From an uncultured Dehalococcoidia bacterium (GTDB lineage: Bacteria; Chloroflexota; Dehalococcoidia; Lucifugimonadales; UBA3495): 64,000 nt of DNA. Where the stretch lies: positions 4,318-68,317 of the forward strand of contig CAYFGT010000007.1 of the NCBI GenBank assembly GCA_964343075.1. Reading direction: 5' to 3'. The position numbers and the translations under genes are program-made. Below the pieces are notes generated by a model. That model was given only the letters and a program-made list of their open reading frames with translations, made no database searches and was not told the origin of the DNA. This document shows positions 50,202 through 60,074 of the stretch, piece after piece (within the stretch, counting starts at the first letter, position 1; the number at the start of each line of letters is the position of its first letter).

Positions 50202-50612
50202 ATGCATTTGGCCATTGACGGCTTTGACGGAGACCCCGATTTGATGTGGGATGAAACTAGGCTTTATCAGTTTTTGATTGATTATCCCGCTGAGTTAAAT
50301 ATGACGCGTATAACGGATCCTCAGGTCGTGACTTATACGGATGCTAAAGGAGATGACTCAGGTATATCTGGATTCGTTATAATTGCAGAGAGCCATATTA
50401 GCGTTCATACGTTCCCTAACAGAAATTATGTGAATATTGACATATTTTCGTGTAAAGATTTTGATACTGAAAAAGCTCTGGATGACGCAAAAAAATTATT
50501 GGCGTTAACAAGAGTTAAGTCGTGGTCTCTTAATAGAGGTCTAGAATGGTTAAATGTTGAAGATGGAATTGCTAATGTTGCGAGTCAAAGATTAAGCTTG
50601 AATGATGGTTGA
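50202..50612 (+). CDS. speD: pyruvoyl-dependent S-adenosylmethionine decarboxylase family proenzyme (may be an Arg/Orn decarboxylase homolog)
   Basis: HL.ID, G.SGFVIIAESHISVHTFP...YV.IDIFSC with ES cleavage site; SD AAGGGG before ATG 50202. Confidence 0.85.
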   Translation: MHLAIDGFDGDPDLMWDETRLYQFLIDYPAELNMTRITDPQVVTYTDAKGDDSGISGFVIIAESHISVHTFPNRNYVNIDIFSCKDFDTEKALDDAKKLLALTRVKSWSLNRGLEWLNVEDGIANVASQRLSLNDG

Positions 50613-50632
50613 ACCGTTGAAATTTGTGATAT

Positions 50633-51532
50633 ATGCACTTTAGTACAGACAAAGACAGCTGTTTCCTTGGCTTGCGAGCCCCTGCAAAAAATGAACCATT
50701 GGAGTGCCTCTTGGTTCCAGTTCCTTATGATAGTACTATGTCTTTCCAAACCGGATCTAAAGACTCCCCTGCGGCTATTATGAAAGCCTCATACCAGTTG
50801 GAGGATTATGATTGGGAACTAGAGATTGATCTCAGTGATTATGCGATAGCTACTACTGAAGCGTTAAAAGTTGAAACCCTCCAACCCGAGGATATGATAG
50901 GAGGTATTGAATCTGCCGTTAAGCATATTATGAACACGCATGATGTTAAATTGCTTGGACTGATTGGCGGAGAGCACTCAATCAGTACAGCGGGCGCTAG
51001 GGCTTTGCGGAGTCGATTTGAAAGCCTTTCCGTATTGTATTTAGATGCCCATGCAGATTTGAGAGATGATTATCAGGGTACTCGTTGGGGCCACGCAAGT
51101 GGAGCCCGCAGGATCTCGGAATTTACAAATATCACGATAGCAGGCGTTAGAAGTATATCGTATGAGGAAGTACAATTCGCGAAGATGCATAACGTTCCTA
51201 TAGTGTTTTGGAATGGTAAGAGCGCTCCAGAAACATTCATAGACCAAGCATTAGAACACTTAAATACTAATGTTTACTTGAGTCTAGACCTAGATGTGTT
51301 AGAACCTCATGTGATCGGGAACGTTGGTAATCCAGAACCAGGTGGTATGGATTGGATCACTCTGATGGATTTGCTTAAAACACTAACGACCAGACATAAT
51401 TTGGTAGGGTTCGATATTTGTGAACTGGTGCCCGTACCTGGGAACGAGTTAGGCAGCTACGCGGCGGCTAAGATTATTTATAAACTGATCAGTAATAATA
51501 TTAAAGGCGATGATTCGGAAACAGTCGTTTAG
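50633..51532 (+). CDS. speB: agmatinase (ureohydrolase)
   Basis: PYDST.S, GGEHS, DAHADLRD, HAS, SLDLDVL, GNPEPGG, GFDICEL.P. Confidence 0.9.
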   Translation: MHFSTDKDSCFLGLRAPAKNEPLECLLVPVPYDSTMSFQTGSKDSPAAIMKASYQLEDYDWELEIDLSDYAIATTEALKVETLQPEDMIGGIESAVKHIMNTHDVKLLGLIGGEHSISTAGARALRSRFESLSVLYLDAHADLRDDYQGTRWGHASGARRISEFTNITIAGVRSISYEEVQFAKMHNVPIVFWNGKSAPETFIDQALEHLNTNVYLSLDLDVLEPHVIGNVGNPEPGGMDWITLMDLLKTLTTRHNLVGFDICELVPVPGNELGSYAAAKIIYKLISNNIKGDDSETVV

Positions 51533-51565
51533 AGCTCCTGTATATTCGTTTGTGAGCCGGGGATA

Positions 51566-51574
51566 TGGTAAAAT
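51566..51574 (+). promoter_or_regulatory. putative extended -10 promoter of iscS
   Basis: TGGTAAAAT upstream of SD GAGG and GTG 51610. Confidence 0.35.
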
Positions 51575-51609
51575 TCAAGGTATTAATACTAATAAATTGA
51601 GGCCAATTA

Positions 51610-52797
51610 GTGGTAAATACAATTTATCTAGATCATGCAGGGACAACTGGTGTTTCAGAAGAAGTATTGCAAGCGATGCTACCATACTTCACAGAAAGAT
51701 TTGGGAATGCTTCTAGTGTTCACGCGGTGGGACAGGAAGCAAAATTTGCCCTGGACAATGCTAGAGAAACTGTTGCGGGACGATTAAACTCGAGGGTTGG
51801 AGACATAATTTTTACCAGTGGGGGCACTGAATCTGATAACGCTTCTATTATTGGTGCTGCTCTGGCCTTGAAAGATACGGGAAAACATATAATTACCACT
51901 GCAATAGAACATCATGCAGTATTGCATGCTTGTCAATATCTCGAAAATATGGGTTTTCAAGTTACGTATTTGCCGGTAGATGCTACAGGGAAAATTGATC
52001 TGGCTCAGCTAAGTAAAACAATTACAGATGAGACGATATTGGTCAGTGTGATGTATGCCAATAATGAAATAGGAACAATTAATCCGTTGTCGGAGATCTC
52101 CCAAATTGTTAAAGACCGAGCATCTAGCCTGGATCGTACTATTGTTATGCATAGCGACGCTGTTCAAGCTGCTGGATTTTTGTCGTTAGACACCAAAGCC
52201 CTAGGAATTGATATGCTGAGTTTGTCAGGGCACAAATTTTATGGACCCAAAGGAACTGGCGTATTGTATTTGAAACGAGGAACACCTTTCTTACCTATAC
52301 TTTTTGGAGGCAACCAAGAGCGAGAAAGGCGGCCAGGAACTGAAAATGTTGCTGGGGCAGTGGGTTTGAGTACTGCATTGGACATCGCCGATTCATATAG
52401 AGAAGAGACGAGCATGCACTGTAAGATGTTACGAGACACGTTGATAACAGGGATTAATGATACCATCCCAGGAAGTGTACTTAATGGGTGCACCAAAAAC
52501 CGATTGGCAAACAATGTAAATTTTTCTTTTGAAGGAGTGCAAGGGGAATCAATACTCCTTGGACTGGACTTAGCGGAAATTTCTGCATCAAGTGGAAGTG
52601 CCTGTAGTTCTGGATCGTTAGAACCTTCCCATGTTTTATTGGCTTTAGGCCAGAGTTCAGAGCTTGCAAGAGGAAGCTTACGTATGACTTTAGGAAAAGC
52701 TAACACTTTAGATCAAATTCAATATGTGTTAGAAGTGCTGCCTAAATTAGTGCAGGAGTTACGAGGAATGCCTACACTATCATCGAGTGGTATATGA
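51610..52797 (+). CDS. iscS: group I cysteine desulfurase (IscS/NifS)
   Basis: [54 protein letters not shown]. Confidence 0.94.
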   Translation: MVNTIYLDHAGTTGVSEEVLQAMLPYFTERFGNASSVHAVGQEAKFALDNARETVAGRLNSRVGDIIFTSGGTESDNASIIGAALALKDTGKHIITTAIEHHAVLHACQYLENMGFQVTYLPVDATGKIDLAQLSKTITDETILVSVMYANNEIGTINPLSEISQIVKDRASSLDRTIVMHSDAVQAAGFLSLDTKALGIDMLSLSGHKFYGPKGTGVLYLKRGTPFLPILFGGNQERERRPGTENVAGAVGLSTALDIADSYREETSMHCKMLRDTLITGINDTIPGSVLNGCTKNRLANNVNFSFEGVQGESILLGLDLAEISASSGSACSSGSLEPSHVLLALGQSSELARGSLRMTLGKANTLDQIQYVLEVLPKLVQELRGMPTLSSSGI

Positions 52798-53357
52798 TGC
52801 GATTAATGACAAAAAGATTTCTAGTCATAAGTTTAGTTATGATTGCAATGCTTGTGTTGGCAGGTTGTTCTTCAGATTCGTCTAAACTAGGCCGTTATTA
52901 CCAAGGGAAAGTTCTCCATATTAGCGTTGCTGAGATTGAACGTTCCGGAACGGTATCATTTTCTACCGTAAATCCAGAGGGGTTAATTCGTAGTTTTCAG
53001 CTCAACCCGTCTTCTGAAAAACGAGAAATTGTTAGGTTTAGGGTAAAAGTAGAAAATCACACAGCCGCCACAGCTATAGTTAACATTGACGAAAATGCTG
53101 TGATTTTAAATGATTTTTTCTCTAATGATTACAGACCTATTAACATATATGAATACCAAATATCTGAACCCAGTTCTGAAGGTTCTGTATCGCTAACACC
53201 ATTATGGAACAACATTACTTCACAAGACGACTCTGAATCTTTTGCTCTTCCAAGAGGGACAGGGATTGATGGCTGGATGTTTTTTGACGTTCCAAAAGAT
53301 ACTCATTTTAGAGAGTTTAAATGGCGAGCAGGAGATTCCTTAGGAATTGAGTTCTAA
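52794..53357 (+). CDS. lipoprotein, DUF4352-like Ig-fold
   Basis: Lipobox LAGC; V.V.N..., [12 protein letters not shown] pattern; ATGA overlap with iscS. Confidence 0.6.
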   Translation: MMRLMTKRFLVISLVMIAMLVLAGCSSDSSKLGRYYQGKVLHISVAEIERSGTVSFSTVNPEGLIRSFQLNPSSEKREIVRFRVKVENHTAATAIVNIDENAVILNDFFSNDYRPINIYEYQISEPSSEGSVSLTPLWNNITSQDDSESFALPRGTGIDGWMFFDVPKDTHFREFKWRAGDSLGIEF

Positions 53358-53363
53358 ATGATC

Positions 53364-54668
53364 TTAAGCATAGTGAGATGTGCTAAATCTGCCTAGTTGC
53401 AATTCTGTATATTGCTGCCTATTAAGTCGCTGTTTGAATTGATCGATAATTTGGCGTGCTCCTTCCGCTTGTTGTGACAAAAGGTCAATTGCCACCATTG
53501 ACATGATTTTAGCTGGATTAATTACCGCAGTATTGTAATTTTTGATTATGTAATCATTGCTATGTCCAGTGCCAGATGCACCTGTACAGTATGGATGACA
53601 TACTGGTATTACATGACTAAGATCTCCCATGTCTGTTGATCCTCCGCTTTTTTCCGAAGGATTCAAAGTGATCACTCGATTATTCCCTAGTAATTTACTG
53701 GAATTGGATACAAAGATCGATTGCAGCTTGGTATCGTTGATCATGGGTAGATAGCCAGGGGTTGTTTCAATAGTCACTTCACATCCCGTCGCTAATGCTG
53801 CGGCACGGAAACATTGATCGGTGATCCGAGAGTAGTTCTCTAGAGCCGCCAGATCCGAGGCTCGAATCCTCCATTCTAGTTGTGATTGTTTGGTGTGATT
53901 TTCGGCAGGTTGTATAAGAATTCCGTGACTCCTGGGAGTGTCTTCTCCTTTAAACAAGTCGCGATTATAATTTAACGCTTGTATGGCAAATGAAGCGGCG
54001 TTTTGAGTCGAATCTGTGGTTGACTCTGAAAGGTCAGAGAAAGTGACAATTTTAGTCACATGGGTAGTGCTGGACCCGCCAACCGCGAATACTTTTTCAT
54101 TAGAACCTGACGCTGTGTGGCACATAAATGCTATATCTATATCGTCAAAATGACCTAATGAGATCAGTTCTTGTTTTCCTCCCAGAAAAGTGATTTGTCC
54201 TTGTCGTTTTAGCGCAAGTCTATCTGGAATATTGATGAATTCTTCAGCAGGGACTGCAAATGGTACGATACTGCCGTACAGATTTTTCAGGATGGGTTCT
54301 TGATTTAAGCCAATCATGCACCCTATCATCATTGCGATTTGGCAGTTGTGCCCACATGCATGAGCCGAATTTGTAACAGGATCAGCATTGGGATGATCGT
54401 GAACTACTAGCGCATCCAACTCGCTGAGTATACTAATTGTAGGCCCTTCATGTTCTCCCGATAATTTGCCTTTTACGCCTGTGATTGCCAAGTTGGTTTT
54501 TACGGGGATGCCCATGTCCGTTAGCGTAGCACTTACTAGAGATGAAGTTTTATATTCTTGGAATCCTACTTCAGGATGAGAAAGAATCTGCCTAGCGATG
54601 TTTTCGATAAATGGAGCATGTTCTTCTATTTTGCGACACGCTAAGGTTTTAAGCTCGTTGATTTCCAA
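53364..54668 (-). CDS. M20 family amidohydrolase (Acy1-like/AbgB-like), paralog 2
   Basis: HPEVGFQE, ELDAL, HACGH, PAEE, GGKQE, STDMGDLS; dimerisation domain diverged. Confidence 0.87.
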   Translation of the reverse strand: MEINELKTLACRKIEEHAPFIENIARQILSHPEVGFQEYKTSSLVSATLTDMGIPVKTNLAITGVKGKLSGEHEGPTISILSELDALVVHDHPNADPVTNSAHACGHNCQIAMMIGCMIGLNQEPILKNLYGSIVPFAVPAEEFINIPDRLALKRQGQITFLGGKQELISLGHFDDIDIAFMCHTASGSNEKVFAVGGSSTTHVTKIVTFSDLSESTTDSTQNAASFAIQALNYNRDLFKGEDTPRSHGILIQPAENHTKQSQLEWRIRASDLAALENYSRITDQCFRAAALATGCEVTIETTPGYLPMINDTKLQSIFVSNSSKLLGNNRVITLNPSEKSGGSTDMGDLSHVIPVCHPYCTGASGTGHSNDYIIKNYNTAVINPAKIMSMVAIDLLSQQAEGARQIIDQFKQRLNRQQYTELQLGRFSTSHYA

Positions 54669-54672
54669 GGTT

Positions 54673-55998
54673 TTAACTATCGTACGTGGCGTCGCTATTA
54701 AGGTTTCTCATATAAGCTAAGTATTCAGCAGCTGTCATATTAGGACGGTGTTTCCCTAGAATTTCATTTCCCAACCTTCCTGAATTGCTGAGTAGATCAA
54801 TTGCGGTACTAGCCAATGCTTTCGCTGCCGTAATCACAGCTAGTTGGTAATCTTCTATCACATAGGTAGCACCATGACCTAATCCTGTTGCTCCTCCGAC
54901 ATAAGGGTGAATCACAGGCATTATCTGGCTGAGGTCTCCCATGTCTGTAGAACCTGTACCGTGAATTCTTCTCCCTATATTTTCGTCTCCTACAAGGTTT
55001 ATTGCATTTGCTTTAAAAACATCCATTAAATTTGGGTCTTGACTGAGTGGCATGTACCCAGGAATAGTTTTGATATTTACTTGAGCCCCAACTGCTAGAG
55101 CACCAGCTCTGAGGGCACGGTCCACCTTTGAATTGGCGTCCATTATTGCTTCCATGGTTTTTCCTCGTATGAATGTTTCCATCGTAACTTCAGATGGCAC
55201 TGCGCTAACGGCTTCGCCTCCCTTGGTGATGATTGGATGTATTCTTATGGTGTCGTTGTCTCTAAACGTCTCTCTGTTATAGTGAATGGCTGATAATGCT
55301 AGAGATGCAGCGTTTAATGCGTTGATCCCAAGATGTGGTGCCCCTCCTGCATGAGCGCCTTTGCCAATAAACTTAATTTTTTTTGCTACAGTCCCATTAT
55401 TAGTACCGCTGATACATAGTTGTTTTTCTTCAGGCGTACTAGTCGTGTGCATCATCATTGCTATATCTATGTCATCGAATTCGCCAATCCTGATAAACTC
55501 GGGCTTGCCACCAAGAAATTCGAGTTTCCCTAAAGCCCGAAGGGTATCCCTATATTCAATTTCTATATACTCCTCTGCGGGGACGGCCATTAATACAATA
55601 CGACCACATAATTGTTCTTTCATGATTTGGGTGTTTAAGGCCATACCTGCAGCTAACATCATCCCGATTTGACAATGGTGACCACAAGCGTGAGCAGCGC
55701 CAGTTTTTGGGTCGGCGAAGGGATGTTCCTTAACAATCAAAGAATCTAGTTCGCCCAATATGGCTATTGTAGGTCCTGGGTTATTGAACATGATTTCTGC
55801 GCGAGAACCTGTTAAGGCTAATCCAGTCTTAAATGGCACACCCATTGAGGAGAACATTTCGTTGACTGTTTTGCCTGTTTTAATTTCTCTGAATCCTGGT
55901 TCGGGGTTATCTAATATGGAAGAACACACGTTGAGGATTTTCTCAGAATTTGATTCTATCTCTTCGTAGGCTGCGGCTTTCAAGGAATCTAAAGTCAT
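54673..55998 (-). CDS. M20 family amidohydrolase (Acy1-like/AbgB-like), paralog 1
   Basis: PEPGFRE, ELDSL, HACGH, PAEE, GGKPE, GKGAHAGGAPHLGINALNAA, GSTDMGDLS. Confidence 0.92.
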   Translation of the reverse strand: MTLDSLKAAAYEEIESNSEKILNVCSSILDNPEPGFREIKTGKTVNEMFSSMGVPFKTGLALTGSRAEIMFNNPGPTIAILGELDSLIVKEHPFADPKTGAAHACGHHCQIGMMLAAGMALNTQIMKEQLCGRIVLMAVPAEEYIEIEYRDTLRALGKLEFLGGKPEFIRIGEFDDIDIAMMMHTTSTPEEKQLCISGTNNGTVAKKIKFIGKGAHAGGAPHLGINALNAASLALSAIHYNRETFRDNDTIRIHPIITKGGEAVSAVPSEVTMETFIRGKTMEAIMDANSKVDRALRAGALAVGAQVNIKTIPGYMPLSQDPNLMDVFKANAINLVGDENIGRRIHGTGSTDMGDLSQIMPVIHPYVGGATGLGHGATYVIEDYQLAVITAAKALASTAIDLLSNSGRLGNEILGKHRPNMTAAEYLAYMRNLNSDATYDS

Positions 55999-56087
55999 AT
56001 TTCACCTGCTCAATGTGAAGATTGGGGCTATTGAAGTTATTTTACCATAGTACTATTTTCATAAATAAGTTGGTGTTTGGTATGAGT

Positions 56088-56115
56088 TTGAATGGACTTC
56101 AATCCCATATATAAT
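56088..56115 (+). promoter_or_regulatory. putative sigma70 promoter of glycerate kinase
   Basis: TTGAAT-N16-TATAAT upstream of TTG 56147. Confidence 0.35.
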
Positions 56116-56146
56116 TGTCTTAAAATTTGATCAGGACCCTGTGTAA

Positions 56147-57295
56147 TTGAATATTGTTGTTGCTCCTCAAAATTTTAAAGGTAGCCTAAACGCTTATGAT
56201 GCTGCTGTGGCTATTGAAAAAGGGATTTTGGAAGTCTGCCCAAATGCCAACACTACATTGATACCTATCGCGGATGGAGGAGACGGGACCTTGGACGCTT
56301 TAGTAATTGGTGCTGGCGGTACAATCATTGAAAGTGAAGCTTGTGACCCTTTAGGTAGACTGATCACTACTAACTGGGGAGTAATGAAAGATGGGACCAC
56401 TGCTGTTATAGAAATGGCCAGAGCTTCTGGTTTGGCTCTGATAGATAGGAACGAACGTAATCCATTTACAACTAACACTTACGGTACAGGACAATTGATC
56501 CTGCAGGCTATAAACGATGGCTATAAGAAATTAATTATAGGACTTGGAGGGAGCGCGTCGAACGATGGAGGCACCGGAATGGCTCAATGTCTTGGATACC
56601 GTTTTTTTGATGTCAACGGCCAATTACTCGAACCCAATGGAAGATCTCTAGGTCAAATTCATTCTATAGATAGTTCCAATGTTGATCCTCGGATATTTGG
56701 AACGGAGTTTATTGGAGCGTCTGACGTCACCAATCTGTTATGTGGGGAAGAGGGAGCAGCTGCTATTTTTGGACCTCAAAAAGGAGCTTCGCAAACCGAT
56801 ATTGAATTACTTGATCAAGGCTTACAGAACTTGACGGATGTGCTCCTTAAAGATCTACATATAGATGTGTCTAAGTCCGTCTCGGGAGGCGCCGCGGGAG
56901 GACTCGGCGCAGGAATATTAGGGTTCTTAAAAGGACGTCTTGTTTCGGGCATCGACATGATTGCCAATACGTTGGACCTTGAACAGAACATTGCCAAAGC
57001 CGATTTGGTAATTACTGGGGAAGGACAAACAGATAGATCAAGTGTGTTTGATAAAGGACCTGTTGGTATTGCAAAAATAGCATCCAAATACGGAGTGCCT
57101 ACTGTGATATTGACTGGTTCCTTGGGCAGAGGTTATCGACAAGTGTACAGATATGGAGTATCAGTAGTGGTCCCTATATCCGATCGCCCTATGCGTTTTG
57201 AGATAAGCTTACAACGGACACGTCAATTGCTGCAGTCATGTACCGAACGGGTGATGATCCTGCTTTCATTGGGTAAAAACATACAGGATAGTTAG
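56147..57295 (+). CDS. glxK: glycerate kinase (GlxK/GarK family)
   Basis: [54 protein letters not shown]. Confidence 0.93.
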   Translation: MNIVVAPQNFKGSLNAYDAAVAIEKGILEVCPNANTTLIPIADGGDGTLDALVIGAGGTIIESEACDPLGRLITTNWGVMKDGTTAVIEMARASGLALIDRNERNPFTTNTYGTGQLILQAINDGYKKLIIGLGGSASNDGGTGMAQCLGYRFFDVNGQLLEPNGRSLGQIHSIDSSNVDPRIFGTEFIGASDVTNLLCGEEGAAAIFGPQKGASQTDIELLDQGLQNLTDVLLKDLHIDVSKSVSGGAAGGLGAGILGFLKGRLVSGIDMIANTLDLEQNIAKADLVITGEGQTDRSSVFDKGPVGIAKIASKYGVPTVILTGSLGRGYRQVYRYGVSVVVPISDRPMRFEISLQRTRQLLQSCTERVMILLSLGKNIQDS

Positions 57296-57696
57296 ATTAT
57301 TACTCTTTCTTTAACAAAATCCAAGACAATTCCTGATAGCTCTATCGCTCTTTCAGAGTCAGCAAGCTCAAATGCTTCAGAGGGAATCCCTCCAGGCAAA
57401 AATGCAGGATATCTAGTCATTTCAAAATATTTGTCCAGCTGCCTTGCTTCATTTTTGATTGTATCAAAGAACATCTCGAATAATTTAGCGTCTTCACACA
57501 AGTCGCTAAGAGAGTGCCCCCATACATCTTCTGCCCCTCTGAAATAGAGGTAGCCTTTTACAGCTTTCTCCGCTGCTTGCTGGCTTAAGAAACAGGCGAG
57601 ATTATGTTTCTCCCCTTGTTGATTGAAGCTAGCATCTAGTAAATCTTGCTCTGCTTGCTTAACCCATCTTGATCCTTCGTTATGATTCATCGTCAT
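57292..57696 (-). CDS. HEPN domain protein (COG2250-like)
   Basis: [29 protein letters not shown]...TRYP; SD GAAGGGAG before ATG 57696. Confidence 0.87.
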   Translation of the reverse strand: MTMNHNEGSRWVKQAEQDLLDASFNQQGEKHNLACFLSQQAAEKAVKGYLYFRGAEDVWGHSLSDLCEDAKLFEMFFDTIKNEARQLDKYFEMTRYPAFLPGGIPSEAFELADSERAIELSGIVLDFVKERVII

Positions 57697-58048
57697 AAAT
57701 AGTTCTCCCTTCACTACAAGCTTTCATTAGAGCTGGTAGTTCGTTGATTAATCTCGAAAATTCTTCTGGCGTATATACAATAGTTTCGACGGCTACATTT
57801 GCATTCAAATGGTAGGTCCAGAAGTCCTCTCGGCGTACAAAATTAGCACTGGGCATCCCAGAGCAAACATCAATTTCCTGGATAGCTATAAGTTTGATAG
57901 GGCTATCAGGGGAATAGTTCTCCGTAGCCATGTCACCTGTTAATATAACTTTCTTTACTCCAAGGGTTGGTAGTAATTCTTGTATATTTTTAAGTTCTTC
58001 TTCGAGCATTTGCTTTCTGAAATCGGTGAATCCTATTCTCATTGGCAT
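57680..58048 (-). CDS. minimal nucleotidyltransferase (MNT)-fold protein with degenerate catalytic motif
   Basis: [11 protein letters not shown]......DSPIKLIAI aligns with KVILFGSxA......SDIDLLVI; V...VYTPEEF and EG..IY patterns; overlaps the HEPN start. Confidence 0.7.
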   Translation of the reverse strand: MPMRIGFTDFRKQMLEEELKNIQELLPTLGVKKVILTGDMATENYSPDSPIKLIAIQEIDVCSGMPSANFVRREDFWTYHLNANVAVETIVYTPEEFSRLINELPALMKACSEGRTIYDDES

Positions 58049-58065
58049 GATGTAGTCCTTAATAA

Positions 58066-58956
58066 TTAGATTTGTATTCCATTAAATACACCTATCCCAT
58101 TTTGCTTGCGATCGCTTTCTGTCAGTTTGGGATGGACTTGTATGTAGTGTTCATATCCTAAGATCGACTCTATTACATTTTTAGGCGCATTACGATAAGG
58201 CCAGTTTGGACCAGTTTGTGTTTTATGGCATAGGATACTGCTGATTTTGCGATCAAGATAATTACGGACATCTTGCACAAAGTCTATCTCATTGGAGGGC
58301 GTTCCATGAGTCAATTGCTCATCTGAAGGTACAGGCATATCGATACCGTGTGAAGTCAATTTGTCGTACCATTTTTTCCTGTAACCTAGGGGCCGAGCAC
58401 AATATATTAACTTATTGACCTTCCATGGAGCGATTGGCTGATTTGAGTCGGGTTGATAGGATGACTTCCCGCTGTAATGGAAGGCATCCGTTGCTTGCTG
58501 TGAAATAGCAATGTGATCAGGGTGCCCGTATAGACCTGTGGGTTCAAATGTGAGTAGTACGTGAGGTTTGAAAGAGCGAATTTCTTTAACCAGCTGAGAT
58601 CTTATGATAGATGGATCGGCGTTTATATATGCATCTGGATCCTTGTTAGCATCCCAGCCTGCCATACCTGAATCTTTGTAATCTAATATGTGAAGGCGAT
58701 TTATGCCCAGTTCTTGGGCAGAATTTCGTAGTTCTGTGCTTCGTACATTTCCAAGAGTATCTTTTGTAGCGAGACCATCTTGACGAATCTCTCCTAGTTG
58801 TCCTGAAGTTGTAGTTATCAAGGCGATAGATGCACCTAAATTAGAATACATCGCTAATGTGCCTCCTACTGGGAATGCTTCATCATCTGGATGTGCAAAA
58901 CAAGCCAATAAGCGGTAGTTAGAAAAGTTTGTGATTGTTGAGGTAGCGATTTCCAT
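58066..58956 (-). CDS. PIG-L/LmbE family deacetylase (MshB/BshB-like)
   Basis: FAHPDDE, T.G..GE, R..EL..S...LG, Y.DSGM, G.YGHPDH, HKTQ. Confidence 0.9.
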   Translation of the reverse strand: MEIATSTITNFSNYRLLACFAHPDDEAFPVGGTLAMYSNLGASIALITTTSGQLGEIRQDGLATKDTLGNVRSTELRNSAQELGINRLHILDYKDSGMAGWDANKDPDAYINADPSIIRSQLVKEIRSFKPHVLLTFEPTGLYGHPDHIAISQQATDAFHYSGKSSYQPDSNQPIAPWKVNKLIYCARPLGYRKKWYDKLTSHGIDMPVPSDEQLTHGTPSNEIDFVQDVRNYLDRKISSILCHKTQTGPNWPYRNAPKNVIESILGYEHYIQVHPKLTESDRKQNGIGVFNGIQI

Positions 58957-58963
58957 AAGACTA

Positions 58964-60058
58964 CTATGATATACAACCACGGGCTTGGATATCCCAAACG
59001 TTCTCTACGAAATCTCCTCTGACACATATGAATTCATTCCATCTACTTACCATTGCATCCTGTTGTGAAGGAATAAAATACAATTGATCACCAATTTCAA
59101 GGGTAGTTTGGTTTCCTATCGATACTGTACTGTTAGATGTAGTCATGTTTATAACGTGAATGTCATCATTGTCTTCTATTACAGGGACGCCTCTGAGGGA
59201 GCTGATATGCTTCAATCCTATGTTAATAATCGCTGACGCAATGGTAGGTTTTGATATTACTGTTCCAAGTATTTTGCATACTTGTTGGAATTCTGTCATG
59301 TATGCGTAATCTGTTTCCATTAGTAAATAGCTTCCGCCCTGGATTTCTGTCACTCCTTCAATGTCGGCCGCAACGTCATAGCTCCATGTCTCTCCGGTCG
59401 ATATTATTGGAAGTACATAGCCGAGAGACTCCAAATGTTTTTTTGCAGTGATTACTTTTTCAATGACTTTTTTTGCTTCTGTATGTCGTGTTTCTAAGTC
59501 GGGTTCTCCTGAAATCGTTTGGTGACTCATTAAGCCGGTCAGGCTCACGTTGTGTAGCCCTTTGATACTGTCAGCTAAATTTAACGCTTCATCAGCGTCT
59601 TGCACTCCACATCTACCCATGCCAGTTTCGATCTCAATGATTAAGCCAATTTTTGCGCCAAACGTATTGGCTATAGAGTCTATAGTTTTGGCATTTTCAA
59701 TACTGTCTATTGCAACATTGATTTCGGCACGCCTCGCTAAGGCAACCATTCGGGATATTTTAAGGGGATCAACAATTTCGCTTGTTATCAGTACGGATTT
59801 TATCCCGTTGTTCACCATAACTTCCGCTTCCGACACTTTGGAGGCACATACTCCGCCTACAGTCCCCCCATTATTAATTTGCATATGAGCTATCGCAGGA
59901 GTTTTGTGGTTTTTGGCATGAGGCCGCATTTTCGAAGATCTGTTTGAGTAGAAATCACTCACGTAATCCATGTTACTTTCTAACTTATCCAGGTCTATGA
60001 TGAGACATGGGGTGTCCAGATCGTTTATGTGAGTTCCTATTTGAGGTTTAGTTTTCAA
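58964..60058 (-). CDS. fold-type III PLP enzyme, D-threonine aldolase/DSD1 family (PLP Lys retained)
   Basis: LDTPCLIIDL, RPHAKNHKT, KVSEAE, GMGRCGV, EIQGGSYL, W.IQARG. Confidence 0.85.
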   Translation of the reverse strand: MKTKPQIGTHINDLDTPCLIIDLDKLESNMDYVSDFYSNRSSKMRPHAKNHKTPAIAHMQINNGGTVGGVCASKVSEAEVMVNNGIKSVLITSEIVDPLKISRMVALARRAEINVAIDSIENAKTIDSIANTFGAKIGLIIEIETGMGRCGVQDADEALNLADSIKGLHNVSLTGLMSHQTISGEPDLETRHTEAKKVIEKVITAKKHLESLGYVLPIISTGETWSYDVAADIEGVTEIQGGSYLLMETDYAYMTEFQQVCKILGTVISKPTIASAIINIGLKHISSLRGVPVIEDNDDIHVINMTTSNSTVSIGNQTTLEIGDQLYFIPSQQDAMVSRWNEFICVRGDFVENVWDIQARGCIS

Positions 60059-60074
60059 TATTTCTCCATGTATT

